Shown here piece by piece: positions 16,393-25,022 of a DNA stretch of 25,022 nucleotides. Each line of letters begins with the position of its first letter. The first letter of the stretch is position 1. The position numbers were made by a program, and so were the translations under genes. Source of the stretch: Candidatus Pacearchaeota archaeon (GTDB lineage: Archaea; Nanobdellota; Nanobdellia; Pacearchaeales; GW2011-AR1); NCBI GenBank assembly GCA_018303825.1, contig JAGVXK010000017.1, forward strand, positions 1-25,022, in the 5' to 3' direction. The notes beneath the pieces were generated by a model that saw only the letters and a list, made by a program, of their open reading frames with translations, was not told the origin of the DNA and made no database searches.

Positions 16393-16932
16393 ATGGCATT
16401 AAGGAAAGCGTCTTCGTACAGCCATAGAATTGCCCGCCCTTATACGAGAAATTCGAGAAGCAAACAAAAAGCATATATAAAAGTAATTCCATTCTCAAAA
16501 ATAGTGAAGTTTTCAATGGGAGACCAGGCATCATTCAGGAATGGAAAGCATAAATTTATAGTTTCAATGATTTCACAAGAAAGAGTTCAGGTCAGGGACA
16601 CAGCATTAGAATCGGGAAGAATGCACCTGCATAAAATTATGGAAGATAATTCCCCAGGTTTTTATTTCATAGCTGTAAAAGTAACTCCGCATCATTTTCT
16701 AAGAGAGAACAAATCTGCTGGAGGAATGGCAGGAGCAGACAGAATCTCCACAGGAATGACACAATCATTCGGGCAGGTTATCGGAAGATCTGCAATAGTT
16801 TCTCCAGGAAGTCCTATTTTCATTGTTTCCTGTGCAGATGAAAAGACTGCAAGAATTGCCAGAGACGCCCTAAATACAATAAGACCAAAGATTCCGGCAA
16901 AAACAAGAATCGTTTTTGAAAGAAGGGAATAA
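16393..16932 (+). CDS. rpl10e: 50S ribosomal protein L16/L10e
   Basis: 'RPYTR', 'QVRDTALESGR', 'PHHFLRENK..GGMAGADRISTGMTQSFG', 'KIP' motifs. Confidence 0.95.
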   Translation: MALRKASSYSHRIARPYTRNSRSKQKAYIKVIPFSKIVKFSMGDQASFRNGKHKFIVSMISQERVQVRDTALESGRMHLHKIMEDNSPGFYFIAVKVTPHHFLRENKSAGGMAGADRISTGMTQSFGQVIGRSAIVSPGSPIFIVSCADEKTARIARDALNTIRPKIPAKTRIVFERRE

Positions 16933-17125
16933 TTATCTCAAGTATATTATATTTAACATTATCTTAAAATTCTATCATTGACAGAACATTCATAGATATA
17001 ATTAACTCAATTCCACTTAGTATTTGTGACCTATAGGTTTATTAACTTACACAATATATTTATCTTTTAATTATAGGGTTATATTTCATATAAAACTTTT
17101 TAAACCTGCTATATATTGTTCCTGA

Positions 17126-17956
17126 ATGCTAAAAAAGCTAGTGCCTTTTGTTTTGGCAGCTTGCCAGGTAGTAAGTGCTTACTCAACTGAAATAGAAAAA
17201 AAGCCAGACTTTCAACCAAATTTTTATTCTTCTAGAATTACGGACGAGGATTTGGAAAGGAATTTACGGGAGAACTTGGATAAAACAGGGAAATATCATC
17301 TTTCAAGATGCAGCACGAATAAAGTCGGAGTCATTATAATAAAAGATTATGAAGATGTGGAAAAAGTTTTTGAGGCAAGAGAGGATTTATTCGATATTGT
17401 AACAAGATATTCTAATGCAATAGGTCTTGAGCACGCATTGCTTGACTTTAGAGATGCCAAGTCCCTAACTGGTGAGTTTCGCAGTAGGTATTTGGACGAC
17501 CCAAGTGCGTTAGACGAATTCCCAGAGGAAGAATTAATATTAGTAAAAGCATCAAAGAGAGGAATTAAAATATTTGGCTTAGAATCTGCTTTGTATTATC
17601 ATGATTATACAACTTTAAAAAAATTCTTATCCTTATCAAAGGAGGAAATGCTTGAGAAAAGAGAGGTAATAAAAAAAATCAGTTTTACTTCTATGCTCCC
17701 AGAGTTAACAAAAGAGTTGATAGATAATAAAGAATGGCTCAACGATTTTGTTACAAGGTGTAATTCTCATTTGAAGGGCTTTTCTCTGATGCGCGCCATT
17801 TGCGCAGCAATATCTATAAATGCCCATCTTCAAAAGAATCCCGGAATCGTGGCAGTATTTTACAGTTCGTCCAATGTTGATTCTCTAGCAAGGGCACTGG
17901 ATGAATACGGAACAGGTTCAATAATAATCTCGGACAAAAGAGAAGAGCATAATTGA
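17126..17956 (+). CDS. Hypothetical secreted protein, possible degenerate EreA/ChaN/TraB-Tiki-like fold
   Basis: Signal-peptide-like N-terminus; alternating strand motifs VGVIIIKD, IGLEH, IKIFGLE and IVAVFYSSSNV. Confidence 0.6.
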   Translation: MLKKLVPFVLAACQVVSAYSTEIEKKPDFQPNFYSSRITDEDLERNLRENLDKTGKYHLSRCSTNKVGVIIIKDYEDVEKVFEAREDLFDIVTRYSNAIGLEHALLDFRDAKSLTGEFRSRYLDDPSALDEFPEEELILVKASKRGIKIFGLESALYYHDYTTLKKFLSLSKEEMLEKREVIKKISFTSMLPELTKELIDNKEWLNDFVTRCNSHLKGFSLMRAICAAISINAHLQKNPGIVAVFYSSSNVDSLARALDEYGTGSIIISDKREEHN

Positions 17957-18130
17957 GCAGCAGGACAGAGCCGTGTTGCAGCAATTAATAATAAATCCAC
18001 TAACACCAACAAAAAAGTAATTAAAAGAATTATTAACAGATTATAACTTTGTCAAGGATAAATCATTTCGAATTGATGCAGAAGAAGCAAAGACAGCAAT
18101 ATTTATTAACGCAACCAATATTTTATTAAG

Positions 18131-18727
18131 ATGAAAAGAAGAGGATTAGGCATTCTCTCGCTGGCATATTTTATAGTTGGCATGTTCTTTTTGCTGAGCG
18201 GCTTTCAAATTACCGGTTTCGCAATATCTGAATCCATTGGAATATCAAGAGGATTTTCTTTTTATTTCGGAATTTTATTTCTTACAATTTCTTTTTTGAT
18301 TTTTACTAATAGCAGAAAGTATTTACCTGAAAGTGTTTTAGAGGCAATAGCGAGAGGTGTGCCAGAAAATGATGCTTTGAGGATTCATGATGAATGCAAT
18401 GCTAAGGTTGGTTCTGGAGAATGGGTTGATTTAATGGAAGTCAATGTCAGAGATGCCCATAATGTATACGCTCCACAGGCTACATCAATAGTGAGGTATT
18501 GGGGTCCAAAAGAGTTAAAGGGTGCTTCCAGAACACAATTGCTAAAATTATATGATGGGGGTAAAATTGGCAAGACTCACGAAATTTTGCGGGGAGCAGC
18601 AACTTACAAGCAGGAAGGAAGATTAAGTGAAGGTACAATGAGTATGCCTCCCCATGGCTCGCGTGTTTTTCACAGACATTGGGAAATTGCAGAAATGTAT
18701 AAATACAGACAAAAAGAAAAGTCTTAA
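18131..18727 (+). CDS. Two-TM-anchored hypothetical protein with an ITGFAI motif
   Basis: Two hydrophobic helices flank 'QITGFAISES'; soluble C-terminal domain ends PPHGSRVFHRHWE. Confidence 0.75.
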   Translation: MKRRGLGILSLAYFIVGMFFLLSGFQITGFAISESIGISRGFSFYFGILFLTISFLIFTNSRKYLPESVLEAIARGVPENDALRIHDECNAKVGSGEWVDLMEVNVRDAHNVYAPQATSIVRYWGPKELKGASRTQLLKLYDGGKIGKTHEILRGAATYKQEGRLSEGTMSMPPHGSRVFHRHWEIAEMYKYRQKEKS

Positions 18728-19038
18728 GATAAACCAATTAGATGGATATATAAAAGTTCTGGGCGCTTGGTTGCATTATCTCTTATAGACTTGTCATGAA
18801 GCTGTTCTACAAATTCAAGGGCATTTGAAAAATTTTCAAGTCCTTCAACTTCATAAAATCTTGGATTCACTTCTTTTGCTTTCTCTGCAATTGCCGTGCC
18901 CTTTTGGTAGAGCTTCTCAGCACTGACTCTTCCTTCATAGCTATATCTAAACCATGAATGTAATTCTCCTCTTAATTTAACAAGTTCTTTATAATTCTCG
19001 TTTTCAGTTGCATTCTCTAATGTTTTTTGGCATTCCAT
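18724..19038 (-). CDS. Hypothetical protein
   Basis: 104 aa; starts 1 bp after the stop of the 366-aa gene; 4-bp convergent overlap with 18131-18727. Confidence 0.65.
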   Translation of the reverse strand: MECQKTLENATENENYKELVKLRGELHSWFRYSYEGRVSAEKLYQKGTAIAEKAKEVNPRFYEVEGLENFSNALEFVEQLHDKSIRDNATKRPELLYIHLIGLS

Positions 19039-19039
19039 T

Positions 19040-20140
19040 TTATTTTTTTCTCCAGCCTTTTATTGTTGGTCTCAATTTTTCCAAATATGCCCTGGCTTTT
19101 TCCTTGTCAATCCTGTATACTTTACCCTTTGGTCCGCTTCCAGGTATTTCAGTTCTGCCTATTCTTTCAGTTAGCAAAAAAGCTCTGCTATATCCCATTC
19201 CCATAACATTTGCCAATTCGCCAACACTCATGTCCTCTCTTGGGACAGCATCAAGTCTTGCATATGCTTCTTTTCTTATTTCTTCTGGGTTTGCAGAAGC
19301 GAAGTTCAATCTTCTTTCCTTTCTTTCTCTATTTGCAGGCTTTATTATTACTGAAGTTTCACCAGATGAAAGGAAAGGATATAATTCATAAAAGGGCATT
19401 TCTTTGACAACATGAACCAAATTTGCGGCAGGAAATCCAATTGGCTGTATATGCTTGTCAGATATTTTTCTTGCCAAAAATCTTTCCAATGTTCTAAGAA
19501 CTTCTAAATTATTTTCCACAGGTTTAATCCTAAAAATAGCAAAGTCTTCGAAATAATCGTGCTCACATGCATAATGTATCTCAACTCCAGGTTTTACCAT
19601 AGCTGAAGATATGTCTAAAGCATCAATCATTTTTGTTTCTAATGAATCAGCAAGTGAACCTTTATCTGAATCTTTTTTTACAGGAGTCAAAATCACGCAA
19701 ACAGCATTTAACTTAGGGTCGTTGTCTGCAGCCATATAAGATGTTATTATAGACCCTGCGAAATTAGTATTATACAAAAAGTTAATCGCTTCCTTTATTT
19801 TAGGATCTGAAACCGTATCAGCAAGAGCCATAACTATTTTCTTTGCTTCTGAACCAAGTGCACCAGCAGTGTTCACAACTTTTCTTGCCTTTTCTACCTG
19901 GTCTTCTGTAAATGGTCTTGCTTCCCCTCTGGCAAGCATGGTTTGATAGTCTTCATTTAATTTATCAACTAATTTTTGTCCAGATTGCTGAAAGAGCTGG
20001 AAATCCTGTAGTCTAGCGTCATATCTGCTATTCACCGATGCGACCTGCCCATGGTATGCTTTTTCTAAGGCTGCCAGTTCTTTTTCCCTCTCTCGAGTAA
20101 GTGCTTCCATACTTTTTTGGAATAATGTTCTTTTTGTCAT
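19040..20140 (-). CDS. Hypothetical protein with N-terminal coiled coil and possible C-terminal HTH
   Basis: Heptad-like first ~70 aa; C-terminal 'MSVGELANVMGMGYSRAF...YRIDKEKARAYL'. Confidence 0.7.
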   Translation of the reverse strand: MTKRTLFQKSMEALTREREKELAALEKAYHGQVASVNSRYDARLQDFQLFQQSGQKLVDKLNEDYQTMLARGEARPFTEDQVEKARKVVNTAGALGSEAKKIVMALADTVSDPKIKEAINFLYNTNFAGSIITSYMAADNDPKLNAVCVILTPVKKDSDKGSLADSLETKMIDALDISSAMVKPGVEIHYACEHDYFEDFAIFRIKPVENNLEVLRTLERFLARKISDKHIQPIGFPAANLVHVVKEMPFYELYPFLSSGETSVIIKPANRERKERRLNFASANPEEIRKEAYARLDAVPREDMSVGELANVMGMGYSRAFLLTERIGRTEIPGSGPKGKVYRIDKEKARAYLEKLRPTIKGWRKK

Positions 20141-20281
20141 TTTATTCTTTGATTTTTGTTGAAATTTAGATAAATTTACTCAAGAATTTCTATATATAAA
20201 CCCTTGTATCATAGTAATTTTAAAGTAGTTACAAAAACCGATGCGGAAAAGATTTAAATATTAGTCATATTAAGATAAAGT

Positions 20282-20467
20282 ATGGCAGAATATAACATTC
20301 CATATGCATCCAGAACGGGACTTCTAAATTACCTGGGTGGTAGAAACTATGGTTCTAGCAAGTTCAATAGGATTCCAGACTATCCTCTTCCAACATACAA
20401 AATACCTAGAGATAGTTGCATAGGAGACTATTCCAAGAAAGACATAGAATTAGAGAGAATAATATAA
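20282..20467 (+). CDS. Hypothetical microprotein
   Basis: 61 aa; TTTAAATA box about 20 bp upstream, consistent with a leaderless transcript. Confidence 0.5.
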   Translation: MAEYNIPYASRTGLLNYLGGRNYGSSKFNRIPDYPLPTYKIPRDSCIGDYSKKDIELERII

Positions 20468-20582
20468 TTATCAAGTTAATTTATTAAACATGAACTGGCA
20501 AATAATAGTCGTTTATCATTTAGGATAGCATGTAGATTTTATATATGATAATCTTTATTAACCATCTCTTCTTTTTCAATTC

Positions 20583-23270
20583 ATGAACAGGAAAGAGGCA
20601 AATTTTCAGGGATTTGTTAAATGGTTCTCCGAATTATCGAATAAAGATATTTTGGTGGCTGGCGGGAAAGGCGCTTCGCTTGCCGAGATGTACAATAATA
20701 AGTTTCCTATACCTCCTGGGTTTATCATTACAGTGCAGGCATATGAATATTTCATTGATAAAGCACAATTAAAGGAAAAAATAAACTCTATCTTATCTGG
20801 TTTTGATTATGAAGATACGCAGGCATTGGAGAATGCTGCAAAAGAAATAAGAAAATTAATTGAGGAATCAAAATTACCCAAAGAATTGGAGGATGAGATT
20901 CTTGAGGGCTATGATATTCTTGGCACAGACCAATTATCACTTCAGGGAGCAAGCAGTCATGCCTTAAGCATACTGCAAAAATCAAGAGAGCCTGCTTTTG
21001 TTGCCGTTCGAAGCAGCGCCACCACAGAAGATCTTTCCGATGCCAGTTTCGCAGGACAGCAGGAATCATTCTTAAATGTTAAAGGCAACAGAGAAATGAT
21101 AGAAAATGTAAAGAAGTGCTTTTCTTCTTTATTTACAGCAAGAGCAATATACTATCGGCACAAAAAAGGATTCTCCCCAATAGAATCAAAACTGGCAATA
21201 GTAATCCAAAAAATGGTCAGTTCCGATAAATCTGGAGTAATATTTTCAATGAATCCGGTCAACAATAAGGAAGAGATAATGATTGAAGCTGTTTTTGGCC
21301 TTGGCGAGGGCATTGTCTCCGGAATGATAAATCCAGATAATTACATCATCTCCAGAAATCTTGAAAATTTCAAATTGATTGATATGAAAATTGCAGACAA
21401 GAAGATTGCAATTGTCAGAGATGCTTCAGGAGAAAATAGAAAAATAAAACTAAATGAGGAAATGAGCAAAAGGCAGGTTCTTTCAACATATGAATTGAAA
21501 ATTCTCTCTCAATTGGCTGAAAAATTAGAGCAGCATTATAAGAAACCGCAGGATATTGAATTTGCAATTTCAGGACATGACATATACATTGTCCAGTCGA
21601 GGCCAATAACCACGAGGTTCAATGAAAAAGAAGAAAAAAAGCTTGAGGGAGATGTTCTTCTTTCTGGTTTAGGGGCCAGCCCGGGCATTGCATCCGGACC
21701 AGTAAAACTTGTAATTACTCTTGCAGACCTTTCAAAGATAAGAAAAGGAGACGTTCTTGTAACCGAAATGACAAATCCAGATATGGTGGTAAGTATGCAG
21801 AAGGCCTGCGCAATAATAACTGATGAAGGAGGAATCACATCTCACGCAAGTATTGTAAGCAGGGAAATGGGAATTCCCTGCACTGTCGGAACAAAAAATG
21901 CGACCAAGAAATTAAAAGATGAGGACATCGTAACGGTTGATGGCAGTTCAGGAAAAGTATATGAAGGAAAAGGAGAGACAAAGAAGGCAGAGGTAAAGCC
22001 AGTAATAGTCACAAAAACAAAGATAAAAGTGATAGTTGACCTCCCAGATTACGCAGAAAGAGCAGCCCTTTCCGGAGTTAAGTCTGTTGGTTTGACAAGA
22101 TTAGAAGGGATAATTGCAGAATCAGGTTTTCATCCGTATTATTTTGTTAAAGAAGACAAGATGAGTGATTATATCAGGGTCCTGTTCTCAGGTTTATCAA
22201 AAATAGCCGCGCATTTCGAGGAAGTTTGGATTAGAACAAGCGATATAAGAAGCGATGAATTCAGGCACTTGAAAGGCGCTCCAAAAGAGCAGGAAATGAA
22301 TCCCATGCTCGGAAATCATGGAGTTAGATTCTCATTGAAGCATAGAAATATAATGAAAGCTGAGATAGAAGCAATAAAGAATCTTTCTGAGAAATATCCG
22401 AATAAAATATTCGGTGTTATGGTCCCCCAATTAATTTCTCTTGAAGAATTAAAAGAAACAAAGGCAATTGCAAAAGAACTTGGAATAAAAATGAGAAGAG
22501 AAGATAAAAATTCTAATTTAAAAATAGGAATAATGGTTGAAACTCCTGCAGCAGTGCAAATTATCAATGAACTTTGCGGAGAAGGCCTTGATTTCATAAG
22601 TTTTGGAACAAATGACTTAACTCAGTATATCCTGGCAATAGACAGAAATAACCCAGACATCCAAAATCTTTATGATGAAATGAATCCGGCTGTTCTCTCA
22701 GCTGTAAGTTATGTGATAAGAAGATGCAAGAAATACAATGTTGAAACTTCTATTTGTGGCCAGGCTGCATCCAAGAAAGAAATGGTTGAATTTCTTGTAA
22801 GAGAAGGCATAGACTCTGTAAGTGTAAACGCGGACGCAGCATATTCTATTTCTGAAGTCATACATAATATTGAATCGGAAAGCAAAGTAAAAAACCTTAT
22901 TGAGACTCCGATAAATGCAATAAAGAACTTCATGTCCAAGAAACCAGAAAAAGAAGATGGGAAAAGCAAGAATACAATAGAAGGAGAAGCCCAGAAATTA
23001 ATAGATGAAGACATAATTGAAAGGATGAACCTTGCTGCAGGAATTTCCAAGTCAGAAGACCAAGCAAATTCTTTAAAAAAGTCAGTTTCAGATAATGAGG
23101 ATATAGAATCAATTATTTTGAAGGAACTCGAAGATGACAATGATAACAATGAAGGAAATGAAAGTGCAGATTATTCTCCCGGCGCTGCAGAAAGCAAGAA
23201 GGACATTCCAAGCCTGAACGAGGCAATTCCAGTCGAGTCAGAAATGCTCGAAGAGGAAAAAGAAAATTAA
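20583..23270 (+). CDS. ppsA: Phosphoenolpyruvate synthase (pyruvate,water dikinase) with an acidic C-terminal extension
   Basis: GGKGASLAEM, VRSSATTED..DASFAGQ, QDIEF, QSRPITT, GGITSHASIVSRE (phospho-His), MVETPAA, GTNDLTQY and ICGQ motifs. Confidence 0.95.
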   Translation: MNRKEANFQGFVKWFSELSNKDILVAGGKGASLAEMYNNKFPIPPGFIITVQAYEYFIDKAQLKEKINSILSGFDYEDTQALENAAKEIRKLIEESKLPKELEDEILEGYDILGTDQLSLQGASSHALSILQKSREPAFVAVRSSATTEDLSDASFAGQQESFLNVKGNREMIENVKKCFSSLFTARAIYYRHKKGFSPIESKLAIVIQKMVSSDKSGVIFSMNPVNNKEEIMIEAVFGLGEGIVSGMINPDNYIISRNLENFKLIDMKIADKKIAIVRDASGENRKIKLNEEMSKRQVLSTYELKILSQLAEKLEQHYKKPQDIEFAISGHDIYIVQSRPITTRFNEKEEKKLEGDVLLSGLGASPGIASGPVKLVITLADLSKIRKGDVLVTEMTNPDMVVSMQKACAIITDEGGITSHASIVSREMGIPCTVGTKNATKKLKDEDIVTVDGSSGKVYEGKGETKKAEVKPVIVTKTKIKVIVDLPDYAERAALSGVKSVGLTRLEGIIAESGFHPYYFVKEDKMSDYIRVLFSGLSKIAAHFEEVWIRTSDIRSDEFRHLKGAPKEQEMNPMLGNHGVRFSLKHRNIMKAEIEAIKNLSEKYPNKIFGVMVPQLISLEELKETKAIAKELGIKMRREDKNSNLKIGIMVETPAAVQIINELCGEGLDFISFGTNDLTQYILAIDRNNPDIQNLYDEMNPAVLSAVSYVIRRCKKYNVETSICGQAASKKEMVEFLVREGIDSVSVNADAAYSISEVIHNIESESKVKNLIETPINAIKNFMSKKPEKEDGKSKNTIEGEAQKLIDEDIIERMNLAAGISKSEDQANSLKKSVSDNEDIESIILKELEDDNDNNEGNESADYSPGAAESKKDIPSLNEAIPVESEMLEEEKEN

Positions 23271-23731
23271 ATCAATGTTTCAGTGTTTTCGCCTTCTACA
23301 TGATCGTAGCACAATAACAATTCTCTCAATCCAGGAACTTCAGTATAATCTCCGTATGCTCGAGCTAAATATGCCAGGGGAGTTATATAACTTATTTCAT
23401 TGTCTAAACTTGCAGAAACTTTCTTCTTTCTTGGCTGTTTTTCCTTAGACTGTTCATCCAAAGGTTCAGAATGGCTTAATAATTTATACAACTGCTGCAA
23501 CTTATCTTTAGGAAATGAGTCTCCCAAAGCACAATATGCAGCCATTAATGCAGTTATATCTTTGTCTCTGGCATCTAATTTTGCTGCAAGAGGACTTTTG
23601 GCTTTTAAGCCCGGAAGATTGTTCCCAGGGTGATAAATAAGGTCTATTACCTGATATCTGTTTGTTAATCTTTCAGTTGCCATAATTAACCTATATATAA
23701 CTAGTATATAAATCTTACGTTTTGTCACCAC
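23267..23731 (-). CDS. Hypothetical protein
   Basis: 154-aa ORF (the real start may be the internal MATERL); convergent 4-bp overlap with ppsA. Confidence 0.6.
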   Translation of the reverse strand: MVTKRKIYILVIYRLIMATERLTNRYQVIDLIYHPGNNLPGLKAKSPLAAKLDARDKDITALMAAYCALGDSFPKDKLQQLYKLLSHSEPLDEQSKEKQPRKKKVSASLDNEISYITPLAYLARAYGDYTEVPGLRELLLCYDHVEGENTETLI

Positions 23732-23784
23732 TTCTAAGATACAACAATAGAAAGATTTAAATACCCCCTATACCTGAGGAAATT

Positions 23785-24780
23785 ATGAAACAAGAAGAGC
23801 TAGAGCAGATAATTAAGGATGCCGCTAAGGGTATCTTTAAATACAACGGAATTAATCCGGACCAGAGTCATGACGATGAAAAATTCTTAGGGCATTTTTA
23901 TCATCTTGCAAAATTACAAGAAACTGAGAAAGAAATCAAAGAAACTAAAGGAAATCTATTGCCTGGGTCAAAAAGAGACCTTGGAGAAAGATTGTTTGGA
24001 AGTGAAGAGATAGGCATGCTGCTTAAAGATGATTTAGTAAGAGATGCTGCAAAAGAAGGAAGAAAGTCAGCCCAGAGAAAGATGGCTAAATACACAGAAA
24101 GAAATTATTCTGAATTGATGGAAATCATAAGGGGCTCAAAGAACGCAACTGATATATTCACAAATATGGCTTTTGCAAATCCTAATCTTTTATACTTTAT
24201 AGGCAATGAAAGCCATGATACTGTTGTAAGATTTATAAGGGCTGTTGGAGAGGCACAAGGTGCTGTCCAAAAGGCTTCCCAGGGAGATTCCAGCGGAATG
24301 AGAAAGATTGTTGAGAAAAAAATTGAAGATCAGGATGTTCCTGATTGGGGAAGAAAATTGCTTCAATTATATATGAATGATGAAACATTCCTTAGATTAG
24401 TATTTGGGGAAGAATATCAAGCAAGACAGAGAATCGCACGTGCAGCCTTGACAACCAATGGAAGAGATATCGATAAAGGAAAGGTTGAAGATTTGATAAC
24501 TGATAGTGTAATAGAAGCCCAAAGATTATATAGAAAGGAAACAGATCCTAAAAAGAAAAGGGACATTTATGATGGTGGCATAATGCCTATATATATGAAT
24601 GTAGCTCAGGCAGTTTATCCTGTTGTTATGGAAAGATTCCAAAAAGACCTTGAAAGGGACCATGGAAAGGTTAAAGATGCAAGAGAAAGGGCTGAGGAAA
24701 GAGAAAAAGCAGGAGTTGGAGTAAGCTCTTACGAAGTTCCAGAATATGCAGAAGACCCGGCTCTGGTCGAGAAAGTATAG
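23785..24780 (+). CDS. Hypothetical charged, probably all-alpha protein
   Basis: 331 aa; AAAGATTTAAATA promoter-like element and GAGG upstream; no family recognised. Confidence 0.78.
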   Translation: MKQEELEQIIKDAAKGIFKYNGINPDQSHDDEKFLGHFYHLAKLQETEKEIKETKGNLLPGSKRDLGERLFGSEEIGMLLKDDLVRDAAKEGRKSAQRKMAKYTERNYSELMEIIRGSKNATDIFTNMAFANPNLLYFIGNESHDTVVRFIRAVGEAQGAVQKASQGDSSGMRKIVEKKIEDQDVPDWGRKLLQLYMNDETFLRLVFGEEYQARQRIARAALTTNGRDIDKGKVEDLITDSVIEAQRLYRKETDPKKKRDIYDGGIMPIYMNVAQAVYPVVMERFQKDLERDHGKVKDARERAEEREKAGVGVSSYEVPEYAEDPALVEKV

Positions 24781-24784
24781 TAAC

Positions 24785-24919
24785 ATGAACAAAAGAAATA
24801 AAATCAAGATAATAAAGATAAGCCATCAGGTTAATGTTACAAAACCTCAGGACAATCAGGAAGAGCTGGAAATACTTAGAAAAGACATCCAGCACTGCTT
24901 TCACATTGTCAGAGCTTGA
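24785..24919 (+). CDS. Possible 44-aa microprotein
   Basis: MNKRNKIKIIKISHQVNVTKPQDNQEELEILRKDIQHCFHIVRA*; starts 4 bp after the previous stop. Confidence 0.4.
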   Translation: MNKRNKIKIIKISHQVNVTKPQDNQEELEILRKDIQHCFHIVRA

Positions 24920-24932
24920 GTTAATTTAAATG

Positions 24933-24975
24933 TTAGCAAGAAATCCGTTAAGCTTTAGCTAACGGATGAATTGCG
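24933..24975 (+). mobile_element. IS200/IS605-like terminal hairpin (left-end type) or MITE remnant
   Basis: TTAG-CAAGAA, then the hairpin ATCCGTT(A)AGC-TTTA-GCT-AACGGAT (24943-24967), then GAATTGCG. The TTTA loop is the same as in the hairpin at 167-186. Confidence 0.5.
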
Positions 24976-25022
24976 TACTTATTTATTCTAAAAAATATTA
25001 CTTTCAGGGAGAGTTTGTTGCA

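Noticed and set aside
16933-17125. Possible ncRNA or replication origin in the AT-rich gap
   Set aside because: No stable structure, ORB-like repeats or adjacent orc1/cdc6; only a short ACCTATAGGT palindrome.
17881-18070. Hydrophobic minus-strand reading frame after the 276-aa gene
   Set aside because: It lacks a start codon after an early TGA and arises from low-complexity A-rich sequence.
683-24904. Many antisense or nested ORFs in the track (e.g. 683-883, 3020-3676, 7976-8425, 10513-10860, 13884-14327, 15918-16247, 22709-23149)
   Set aside because: They lie opposite or within well-supported genes and have the Ser/Leu/Phe/Ile-rich composition of shadow frames.
196-24943. A composite transposon bounded by the two IS-like ends
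   Set aside because: The ends face outward (right end at the left edge, left end at the right edge), their stems differ, and the interval holds core genes (tRNAs, r-proteins, thermosome).

Overview
AT-rich, gene-dense chromosomal segment of an archaeon, most likely DPANN (Pacearchaeota/Woesearchaeota-like). The domain call rests on a group II chaperonin, rpl35ae, rpl10e, TATA-box promoters and intronless tRNAs without CCA; the DPANN placement is inference. From left to right: the 3' end of an IS200-type tnpA with its right-end hairpin, inserted into a small membrane gene; an S8 protease; tRNA-Ser; a copper operon (arsR-copZ-copA-cupredoxin); tRNA-Ala; thermosome; tRNA-Gly; a Cys-rich membrane microprotein; and a ~1.4 kb decaying patch around two atypical tRNA-Val genes. 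That patch holds an AEP/primase-like gene and a YkgJ-like gene, each broken by an in-frame stop and showing probable G>A loss of key residues. Next come a PHP-YdjM-VIT1 operon divergent from a 593-aa protein with tandem nucleotidyltransferase domains, a toxin-first AbiE pair with a palindromic operator, rpl35ae-orphan-rpl10e, several orphans, a PEP synthase with an acidic tail, and a second IS200/IS605-like end hairpin at the right edge. No CRISPR array, rRNA, integrase or reverse transcriptase was seen. All family calls are from motif recognition by eye; no searches were run.
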